A DNA stretch of 64,000 nt from Marsupella aquatica (taxonomy: Eukaryota; Plantae; Marchantiophyta), in contig OZ316893.1 in NCBI GenBank assembly GCA_973895155.1, positions 9,239,839 through 9,303,838 on the forward strand, in the 5' to 3' direction. The number at the start of each line of letters is the position of its first letter. The stretch's first letter is position 1. The notes beneath the pieces are model-generated. The model was given only the letters and a program-made list of their open reading frames with translations, did not search any database and had not been told where the DNA came from. Both the position numbers and the translations under genes were made by a program. Positions 41,901 through 51,788 of this stretch are shown here, piece after piece.

Positions 41901-42412
41901 AGGGCAGGCCGACATGCGAGTCAGACTAAGGTTGTATAAGAAATTCATACTATCAGTTACATTTCTTAGTTCGGGTTCTAACATCATCCAGCCAATGTGA
42001 AAGGGGATTCTGTTTTAGTCCATCATTGACCCTTACTTAACTACGTCTAGAATAGTTCGAAAGATTCTACGTTAAATTGTGTGAAGAGGACTGCACAATA
42101 TGGCAGCACCGTTTCTGTTGTCATCTTTAGTCGCAGGTAAGACGGTAGAGGTACCGTAATGTGGTCCACATTAGCCCAGAGCAGTCGCGGGCTCTTCACG
42201 CCTCTGCCAGAGAGCGCTGCCAGTGGGTTCCCGAAAAACTTCAATACTTCGAAAGAGTTGGTCGGGATGTTCTCTCCTGATACACTTCCATCCACGAGTT
42301 TATAATACTCTTTGATACGTTTGACCTTTCGTTTTAGCTGCTTGTAATTGCAGTACGCCTCCCTCCATTCGGGTACGAGTTGTCCCTCCAGTTGCTTTTG
42401 AAATTTCACCAT
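35903..42412 (-). CDS. PHO1: PHO1-family phosphate exporter (SPX + EXS)
   Basis: Exons 42412-42155 ([27 protein letters not shown]), 41753-41429, 41063-40904 (AFVDFYRGL), 40672-40624 ([15 protein letters not shown]), 40346-40275 (GC donor), 39970-39838, 39410-39281, 38962-38725, 38470-38366, 38137-38093 ([11 protein letters not shown]), 37740-37585, 37167-36880 ([15 protein letters not shown]), 36638-36505 (RRGHWNFYR), 36053-35903. Family-level call only, not a specific orthologue; the last exon end is uncertain. Confidence 0.92.
39692..39741. repeat. (AAG)n microsatellite in a PHO1 intron
   Basis: agaagaagaagaagaagggaagaagaagaagaagaagggaagaagaagaa. Confidence 0.9.
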
Positions 42413-42770
42413 TTCAAAAGCGCTGGAATCTTCCCCCAATGCAAGGGGAAGGCCTTCTCAATTGCCTAATGGCTTCTGAACAGCTAAACTCGTGAAGAGA
42501 GGCGGCTCTCGTGTACAGTATACTCTCGGTCCTTCCTCGCGCTTTCTTCGATCAACCTGGACCACCATAATTGTCAACTGCCACGAAAATCATTTATCTG
42601 GGAGCTACTGCGAGGGAATTTATTCTTCAGATTGGTTCCCGTGGCCCACATACTCCAGGTCGAGAGCAGCCTTACATATTTGAAGAAATGCCATCCCGTT
42701 TAAGTCTGATACACCCTGAAAGCCATACGAAGAAATATCATCAGATGTCATTGGAGAAAATTAAATAAGT

Positions 42771-42778
42771 GGATATAC
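42771..42778. promoter_or_regulatory. Candidate P1BS (PHR1-binding site, GNATATNC)
   Basis: GGATATAC ~360 bp upstream of the PHO1 ATG. The motif is short and also occurs by chance. Confidence 0.4.
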
Positions 42779-44980
42779 AAGCGAAGTGGCTTTCACAGCA
42801 AAATAATCTGATGGTACACAACAAGGTTGCAGATTTTTAACACGTTATTTACACCTATCAGAACGATTAGTCCGCTGTTCCTCAAGCCGGTCTTCCAATC
42901 GTGTATAGAGAGCTGAACCTGGTGCCAACTATTCTGGCATCTGTGACAGAATCGTCTAGATAAATTCCACATTTAAGTTTCTAGCGATGGGATATTTTGA
43001 GTCGAAATCTTGTGCTAGACTGGCCTGGACCGAACATAATAGAATGCCACAGCAACTGCTGCCGATCCTGATCGTGGATGTGCAATCGTACGATGATGCG
43101 ATTTGAAGGAGACTCAGTTTCTCGATCGAAACCAGGTACTCGGCTTCTGACCAATATATGCATGGGCCATACCGCAAGTCTCGTCGTAGCTAGCCCTGCC
43201 CATGCAAGAGCAAGCTGTTCCCAAAGCTTGAATGCAAACAGTGGGCGTCATGAGTGCGTCGACCGATAATGGGCATGAAATGGAAGGAAGGCCCGGACAT
43301 GCACCCTCAACCAGCATGCTCTCTAGCAGCAACAACCATAACGACTGCATCTGAACGTACCGCTCGTCTCTATCTATTAATCATCATCCTCTTGAATCAG
43401 GAGACCGCAGTCCTATTGAATTCTCAGCTACAGTAGTCACCTTAGAAATGCGGCTACCAGCAGCCGTGTCCCGACTCCCGACCCGGGCCCTTGAATCGAG
43501 CACGGAATGCCCAAACGCAGAGTCGCTACTCTAGCAAACTACATCCGCTCAGAGCACTAAACTCGTGTCCCGGCAATCCCACTCCAATCACTCGTTGATC
43601 AGAGATCATAGACCCGTGAGTGTGTTTCCTTCCCGCCTGACTGCATTGTCGTCCATTGCTCCCAGGCGCTCACTGTCAGATACTTCGATGATGTTGACCA
43701 CTCACCCTCCCGCTTGCGTAGCAATTGGAGGAGATCAAGGAAGTGGATGCTCTGCTCGTCTGCTCACCTCACCGTGCAGCTAGCCGGAGTGAAGGTGCAC
43801 CGCCCATATGCATGGAGGATGGAGAGGAGAGATGGTTAGTAATGGTAGCACTTGGAAGTAGTAACAGTAGCCTGGTTGGTAGGTCCGTGGCCATAGTAAA
43901 CGCTTTTGGAGACATCGCTCCTGAAAAGCGAAGTGTGGGACAGGTCTCAGTAGAACGTTACGCAATCGTATGAGCTCGGCTTGGCATTCGGCCCATCGAG
44001 TCACATGTTCTGTGCAGCATTTATCCCTCCTTAGCTTGGACGACAAGTCGTACACCAGACACCCACTAGATTGCCAATCTCTTTCCTTTCGATCAGAGAC
44101 TGTTCTTGGCCGGAATTTCTCCTTCAATCTAATGAAAGAGGTATTAATATGAGATCGAAGCCTGTCTGAAACTTTCATGAATCCAACGATTTCTGAGATT
44201 CTGGCATACGTACGTACTACATATGGATCATCGTTCGTTTTGGCCTGTGCAGGAAACTTCTCTGGTCAACCAGAGCAGCCTTTGCGTTGTGCTTCGTTCT
44301 CTTGTCTGTTGTTTAGAGCTTGAACTAAGTTTTCTCTACTCCTTTAATCAAAATTATCGAAGCCCCCTTCTTGTCTTGGCTTCTCTTGCAGCTGTCGGTC
44401 CCCATCATAGAGAGTTTGGCTTGTTTCCTGTGGTCAGTCGAGGCCGTTTTTGTGATTCCTTGCTCGGTAGTATCTTTTCCGTCCTTGCTCGCAAGATTTT
44501 GTGAGATTTGATTTTGTTTTTCTCTCAATCAAAGACAACCTCATAAATTGGTTTGCTTCCTTCTTTAGACTCTTTATTCTAGAGATTTTTTTATTCTTGT
44601 ACGATCGCAGAGACATTTGTTATTGCACTAGAAGTTTTTCATTCAATCCAGGTTCTTTGTCCTCTGTCCTTTGTCTTGGCTTCGTTAGTTGATGTACTGT
44701 ATATCTTTGTGTTCTGGTTTCTAAAATCTTGGGAAGACTTGTTGGACGGCCAAAGGCATTGGACAAGGGAAGTCAGGGCCCCACAAGTTTAAAAACATTG
44801 TAGTTAGGACCAATTCTACAATTGTAGTGGGGCTAAAGAAGTGAATATCAAGAGTGGTAAGCTCAAATTAAGTGAGGCTACTGTAGCTGTTCTTAGTGTA
44901 AATAGTATCAAGACTAAATAAGTGAATGAAGAGTGTTTAGCCCAAATGAAGTGCAGGATAATGATAGTCTCGGCACAGGG

Positions 44981-45066
44981 TACTATGCCATAACCTGTGA
45001 CGAAAAAGTGAAGAGAAATTAGTTACTATGCCATAACCTGTGACCAAAAAGTGAAGAGAAATTAGT
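44981..45066. repeat. Tandem duplication, 43 bp x2
   Basis: tactatgccataacctgtgac(g/c)aaaaagtgaagagaaattagt at 44981 and 45024. Confidence 0.93.
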
Positions 45067-46441
45067 AGAATCAAGTCCCAAAATTCTGAGCATTTTGGGA
45101 CCTGGGTTTCCTTTGGAAACCCAGTCCTGACCATCCTTACAGTAAAAGTTTTTTTAAGTTTTTCTGAGCATTATAGGAACAGGGGTGCAGACTAGAACCC
45201 CAGTCTAGACTGTCCTTATAGTCTGGACATATGATATGGACAAAAGGTAACGATCATGACTTTCCTGGCGGGAGATTATGGATATAGCAGGGACCAGAGA
45301 TTATGGATATAACAGGGAACTCCAAAAATGGTTATACACCGGTACCCTTTCTTCCTTACCGAATTTAAGTTCTCAGGCTTGCCTTTCTTACTGTACGTAG
45401 GGTCAAAGCTGACAGGTACACAAACCAGGACACACACTTGTGACACCCGCGCAAACTTAACACCTACCGTCCTGCCAGAACACAAAGCAAGAGTCGCATT
45501 TCTTCGCACCCCTTAGTTTGCAGTTCACAAATAAACTATTCGCGCAGTCCGGAGGTCATAACTGGGCGTTAGCTTTAAAGAGTCCAAAAAAGAGAGAAAT
45601 TCGTGCTACGTAGATAATAGGATTTTACTGTCTTGCTTGCTGATGACGCCTCTAAACAGCACCCATTCCTCAGGGCCAGTAAAACACACACCAGAAAAAT
45701 GAGAAAGATTTTATTAGAGATTCGATTGCAAGGACATGCTCGCCTCACAACCGAAAGTTGGGAATACAGTACCAATTAAGTTAGATTCACTAGTCAAGAT
45801 GGGGGAAGGGCGTGCAAGTATTTAATTGGACGGAAGCTTATAAGTCCAGTGCTGGGCCCACACTTCACGACCGCATCACATCGTTTGGCACATCTTCCGG
45901 CGGATCTCCACGTGGCTACTGTCGGTGGCAGAAACACTTCTCGACAATTTACAGGACACAACAAATCAAATCAACGACAGCCCTGGCTCTGGCAAGTCAT
46001 CAGTAAAGTGGTACATGTGCTGCACCCAAAACACTAAGATCATATTCGAAAAGAAAACTGCAAATGGACCTCGGTCCTGGGAAGATGCAAAATCATCCCG
46101 AGTACCTGATTCAATGTGTTCTAATATAAGGGCTTGTGGTAGAGCCACAACAGTCATTTCCATTCAAAGGGGAAACTTCCATGGTCTGCACGGTTTGAAC
46201 TGATAACTAGTTGCAGTCATTTGTAACTAGGTTACATGCTCTATCCATGTCCTATTCTGCGGCTACCTATTCTGCGGCTACCTACGTCAGGCACCTGCGT
46301 TATTATGACTGCAGGAAAAAATGAATTTAACAAAAAGTCAAAAATATATACGGACTCTGGCAGGAAGCAGGGTCCCAAGATCTTCTAGGGCTACAATGTA
46401 CAAGTGCAGACACTTCTGTACATAGCATGGTTACACTGGTC

Positions 46442-49400
46442 TCATTCTTCCAGATCCATGCCTTGTACAAACTCAAACTCCTCCTCGCTGGACAAGTCCT
46501 CAATTGACGATTCTTCCGTCCCCATAGTACTACAAAAACGCGTGTTACTGTCATTGCCATATATTGCAGAGTAGGAAAGACCAAAGATCCTCACCTTTAC
46601 TTTAAATTCCTTTTCATGGCATACTTGAAACCCAAAGGTGATTCGCCTTCACTGCGTAAATGAATCAAAAAACTCCACAGGAACCCAAAGAGAGAACGAG
46701 GACGACAATAGGTGTTCATCGGGGTTTACCTCAAGCATCGACAGCTGAAACATAAGATGCGCTTAAGTTTTTTGTTGTAGAAAAAGTAATTGAAAGACCA
46801 TCTGCGAGAATTTTGTCGAAGATTTACCCCAAGAATTAGGGTACATATGCGGTATCACGGAATATTTTAGGCCCTGCATCTTGACTGACTCCACCAAACA
46901 AATGATTCTAAGCAGTCAAGACTACAAGCTCCGTACAGACTATCAGAGTTAGTAAGACCAAAATGCGAAAGAAAACATACATGCTTCCACGGTCAGCAAA
47001 TGGATCTCCTTCAAAGTCGGGAACACAGCTGTAAACATCACAATCACCGAGCTCCATCACCTGCGATTTTTCGACCCATTAATCAAAATTCTCGAGAATA
47101 ATTAGGACGACATCATAAGTATTTTGAAACTCAAAATTATTTAATAATTCATATAGGTCAGTTCATTGAGCTTACTTCGTCAATTGCTGTCCAGATGCTG
47201 TCCATAAAAGGAGTCTCTTCTCCGGCCTGTGCTTCCCAGATCTGTGCCTCAAAAGTAATAGAAACAAGAATTTATAGATCTGTAACTAAGAGATGAACAT
47301 GAATGCTGAATCCAGGGAGCTCACGCATCAGATGTCCTTACGATCAAAATCTCTGGCTATCCAGAGATTCCGCAGAAACAACGATATTCAGCAGTCAACG
47401 CGATTAACGTATTCAAATACTCCAAATCAACTCTGTTAAGGCCTCTTCTACCTTAGTAGCTTCAAGCATGAATTGCTCTATCTTCTGCTTTGAAGCACAG
47501 GGTCCCTGTTCTTTAGAGAAATGATGAGCCCGCAACATGCTGTTACCCAATGACAAATTACAGAGCAGAACAAGAGAATCGGGTCAGACTACGATGGTAC
47601 TCAAACACTGCTATGAAACGACATGCCCTGCACATTTCCCTCGCTGGACGCTGTCAATAACTACCTCTGGGTTCTGAGGTACATTATTTCTACCATGGAT
47701 ATTTGAGTAACATCCACATTGGCCAGAAAAGTTGTCTCAAGGCTAATACAGTATGTTAAACTGCAAACATGGCAACACTGGGAACTCCACCTCCAAAAGT
47801 TCAGAGAACGACTCGGAAGAGTATACCAACATCAATAGCGACAAAGAGGGTTAAACAAACTACTGTCCTGCAGGATTTTCTAGCGGTTGACAAGATACAC
47901 AACTAATCTCCAAGGCATTGAATATACTATCGTGACTTCCTCCCCTGCTGCCAATGACCTTCACAGAAAAATTCGACTCTACTGTTCAAAGTAATAAAGT
48001 TCAAATACCTAGTTGCAAACTTGATAAACTATCAACAAGTTCTATAAATTAATTCACCAGTACTTTCCTCTACCATGCCGACCCTGTCCCTTGCCCCTTT
48101 GGAAACCTTGAAAACTTTAAAATACTCATTGGTTCATTCAAGTCAGTGCTAATGCCAGACATATTGAACTACTACCGACTCTTGTAAGATCATTCTCCAT
48201 TCCTTGCACTTCGGGAATCTTACTGTGACACCGCCTCTCTAAAAGACCCCGGGCACTTCAAAATATACACCTTACTCCCATCCACACGCAGTGCTAATGT
48301 GCGGACGATTGTCACTGTCAACCCTCCGACGCACTTTCTCAGTTAATCTCTCTGCGCACACTTCGTTATCCTGAAAAATAGGAAATGGAGAGATTTGAAC
48401 TCTCAGCCCCGCTAGGAGCAACGGTTTTAGGCCGCCTGTCAACCCTTGACAACACTTCCTATTCCCCTCGCTAAAACTTCGGGTTGCCGAGCGACTCCTG
48501 AGAGCCGACAAGGCATTACCCGCTTCTCTCAAGACATTGTGGCGAGATTTATAATCTCAGCTCCCACTGGAGCAACATGTGGACGCAGCTAACCAATTGT
48601 GGCCGCTTACGCCCTAGTTTCATACGTCCATCAAGTGTGTGCAATATGCTATACAACGTAGCACTGCGAAACCTACACGAGCCAGAACTGACAATAGAGT
48701 TTAGAGCCACATGCAATCAAAACCAAAAACCACCCGATGCCTACAGCGAAATCAAATAAATGCGTACCTGAAGTCGTAATCCGGATACATGTGATTTAAG
48801 GTGAGAATGAGGTAGATCAGCGTCTTACGACTGCACGTGTACAAAAACGTATATGAGAATCGCGGTTCTAATGCTTTTCAACATTTACCTGTCTGAAAGT
48901 TTCACAAAATCAACTCCGCAGCACTGTGCTGCATACAAGTGGATAATTTGCAGTCAGAGCATCCAGAACTGACATCCAGAAGCGAATATCGCAGCTTACC
49001 AAAAAATCGAAATTCATCTTCTAAACTTTTCTTCTGAATCATAAGAGAAGATATACCTGGCCGAACTAGAAAGAGGTCCAACTGGAGATGTTGACAAATT
49101 TGGAAGAAAGCAAAGCGAGTCGAGAACCTGTAATTACGGCCATATCAGAGTTTAATAATTTAAGGGATCGAAACATATCTACCACATTGATAGTGCTAAC
49201 AGATGGTATCGCCCCGCGACAACTAAGATGACGGACATAGTAACGAAGAAGCTTTGTTACCGACTTAAATCCAGACCATATCAAGGGCAATGCCAGATTA
49301 TAATCATCCGGTGAATCAAGTCCCAAGAAAGGCTCACCTCTTGCTCTAAACTCCGTGATAGCTTCTTGTCCATACCTGCAAGCTTGCCTGAATCAATAAA

Positions 49401-50300
49401 CCAACCAAAGAAAGTCGTAAGAAAGCGCGAGACAAAAACACTCCCTCCAAAGGTCGAGGCAGAACGTTAGAAGCCTCGAGGGATCAGGTGGAATAGAGCA
49501 CACGGTTCACTCCCCCTGAAGCTACCGTTGATATGAAAAACAAACAGTGACCAGAAGCGTTTCAGTGACCACAAGAGGTTAATTGAGGAATCCTTGTCCA
49601 GAAACTGCAACGTACAACCTGTGCACCAAGCTCTGAAGACTGAGAAACCGTAAACCTGCTGAAAAACTGCTACGTGGTCCACGACAAAGGTCCAAACCAG
49701 TGTAACACTATAAGATCAAGAAAAAGACATAGGCATGACTGCTGCAGAGGAAGGAGGACTATACCACAAGACTCAATCATTAGCTGCCTCAGAAGTCATT
49801 AAACGCAAAGGAGTAGAAGACCATTTAGACCATTACATTACTCTGTAACGGAGTAGTTATCGATCTACACGAACGCAAGACCTAGAAGTTGAGACTCACA
49901 AGAATAGGCCTCCAGAGCTCCTTGTATGAGGCAGTCGCCGAGGTTGACATTGGACAGGAAAGCGTTTATTCTGCGCGAGAAAAGCGACAGAAACCGAATT
50001 ACAAGACAACGTCCTCATGATATAAGGTAGACATGATGAAAGACTCTTTCACAAGAACTCTCAAACAATTGGCACATACGCACATGTTGAATAAATGCAG
50101 CAGCATGTTCAATTTCCAAATAATTGAACATTGGGGACCGACTTGGACAGAATTGGGACCAACAACCTCCAAACTTGCATTAATAACAGAATCGAAGTAC
50201 CAAAGCCATGCAGGACAACGAGGAACGAAAGGAAACGAAAGGACAAACAAATGTAGGAAGAAGCCTACCTTGCAAGCGGGGTGTATTCGAGGTACTTCAT
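46442..50300 (-). CDS. MAF1: Repressor of RNA polymerase III transcription MAF1
   Basis: Missed by the ORF track because the exons are small: 50300-50269 ([11 protein letters not shown]), 49970-49900 ([23 protein letters not shown]), 49387-49338 ([17 protein letters not shown]), 49127-49057, 48830-48768 ([22 protein letters not shown]), 47539-47452, 47241-47176, 47060-46981 (DCDVYS), 46801-46730 ([17 protein letters not shown]), 46529-46442 (acidic tail [24 protein letters not shown]). All introns GT-AG and in phase; PDYDFS and [11 protein letters not shown] are Maf1 signature motifs. Confidence 0.96.
48276..48370 (-). other. Candidate poison (PTC-containing) cassette exon in MAF1 intron 5
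   Basis: Acceptor ttcctatttttcag|G and donor GGA|gtaagg. 95 nt (not 3n); in-frame TAA at 48345-48343 when joined to the PDYDFS exon. Confidence 0.6.
48381..48459 (-). ncRNA. Intronic tRNA-like element (class II, long variable arm), probably a tRNA mimic rather than a decoding tRNA
   Basis: GGAAGTG TT GTCAA-GGG-TTGAC A GGCGG-CCTAAAA-CCGTT GCTCC-TAGC-GGGGC T GAGAG-TTCAAAT-CTCTC CATTTCC. The 7-bp acceptor, D arm, 5-bp anticodon stem with 7-nt loop, 5-bp variable arm and canonical T arm all pair. C at position 33 and the tiny D loop are non-canonical. Confidence 0.85.
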
Positions 50301-50948
50301 AGCACTTACGGTTCATGTATCCTTCGTGAAAACCGAGAAAACTGGACGTTCCCGTCCCAGAAACCGACGGAACCCTCGCTCGGACCACCGCACTCCACCA
50401 AAGCATCCAAATCGAACTCGATCGGTCTCAAACCAAATGATCACCCTCGACTCGCGGATTCAAAATCAGAGCGCCATCATCCTTCCAAACACAATCGAGA
50501 GCCAAACGCCAGAGGCAAAACGCTCGAGGCAAAACCACGCTCCTCGTCAGCAACTGCGAGAACAGCGAATCGAGACGGAGGGCAAAGACGAAACGCAATT
50601 GAACTAAACGTAAGTTCGCACGTTTCGACGTCTTCACTTCTTTCTTCTTTCTGCTTCTGCATCTGCATCTGCTTACCGCGGTACCAGACCACGGCTGCCG
50701 ACCACGTGAAAGAGGAGGACGAAGAAGGGCAAAAGGCTAGCGCGGGCCAAAAGGAAGACGGGCCGCAGAGGCAGAGCACAGCAAAGAAAGACCCACTACA
50801 ACTGCAAAGGAATCGTGGGGTGAGGGTAGGGACCTACAGTAATAATAATAGGGCCGTGGCCAGGAATGGTTCGAGCTCACCCGGTCACTGATGGCATGAG
50901 CGGACACCGTCGAGAGATGGATACGGTCAAATACAAAGCCAGTAACTG

Positions 50949-51203
50949 GCTTAGGTCAGGGTGGCCAGGGGAGTATGGTAGCCTAGAACTGGGAGGCCTA
51001 CCCAGGTTTGTGAACCCCTATCCTGAATTTTTGTTGGATGGTCATGTAAGATTCTAAGGCATTAGAGCTTAGGTCAGGGTGGCCAGGGGAGTATGGTAGC
51101 CTAGAACTGGGAGGCCTACCCAGGTTTGTGAACCCCTAGCCTGAATTTTTGTTGGGTAGTCTTTTCTGTTGGGTAGTCATGTAAGATTCTAAGGCATTAG
51201 AGC
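50949..51203. repeat. Tandem duplication, 118-bp period, upstream of MAF1
   Basis: gcttaggtcagggtggccagggg...gtaagattctaaggcattaga at 50949 and 51067; the second copy carries a further short internal duplication. Confidence 0.93.
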
Positions 51204-51501
51204 GTGTCAAATTCCTCAAAGTGTTACTGCTTGATTTATTTTTTCATTTCCACATTTATGGGGTATGTATTGTGGTAACAGGTATTGATTTTGTCCTGGC
51301 CATTAAAGCACTTTATGTCCTAAGATGTAACTGAGCTACATTATTGCTTTGACACTCCCTATTACTCCATGGGTGAAGCCATAGTACCCCTGTGCAAGCC
51401 TGGCTTGGGGACTCTCATCCTGGACCAACATAAATTTGTAAAAATGCACATGGTTGTCACAGTTGCAATTAAAAAATGACTAAGGAAAAAGTGAACAAGA
51501 A

Positions 51502-51788
51502 TGTAAGAAACCATCGGCTCCAACTAGACAACAAATATGGAACATGAGAGAAACACTAGATCACACTTTACACTGATGAGACACCACAAGTGGAGAAACT
51601 CCTAAAGGACCCATAGTATATGAGAATTCATGTGCAAAATGAGGGAGAGAATGTTCTCCCTCTAACCTATAAACTCTAGGGGAGCCAAAATGTGTGGGCC
51701 TAATCTAAGGGGATCTTATCCTAATGTAACCCAGGGTTAACTAACCCTAGTAACAGATTAAAGAACTAACGCAAGTCAATTCCTAACA
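51502..51788. mobile_element. Solo LTR (family B), 287 bp
   Basis: Inverted termini tgtaag...ctaaca (TG...CA) with 5-bp TSD aagaa at 51497-51501 and 51789-51793. Confidence 0.75.

Noticed and set aside
43560-43900. Possible miRNA precursor or PHO1-linked ncRNA
   Set aside because: Only short imperfect pairings; no match to conserved miRNAs that I recognise (miR399, miR827, miR408).
48381-48459. Ordinary functional tRNA-Leu(TAA) gene
   Set aside because: C instead of invariant U33, a 3-5 nt D loop, U discriminator and an extended acceptor helix; it does not resemble plant cytosolic tRNA-Leu as I recall it. Kept as a tRNA-like element instead.
48272-48532. 86-aa ORF spanning the tRNA-like element
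   Set aside because: Non-ATG start, no recognisable domain, and it overlaps intronic structured RNA.
27689-50300. Nutrient gene cluster NPF-PHO1-MAF1 on one strand
   Set aside because: Three co-oriented neighbours are expected by chance; no shared regulatory evidence is visible without synteny or expression data.
50208-50891. 227-aa plus-strand ORF
   Set aside because: Antisense to the MAF1 first exon and its CT-rich 5' UTR; low-complexity product with no domain.
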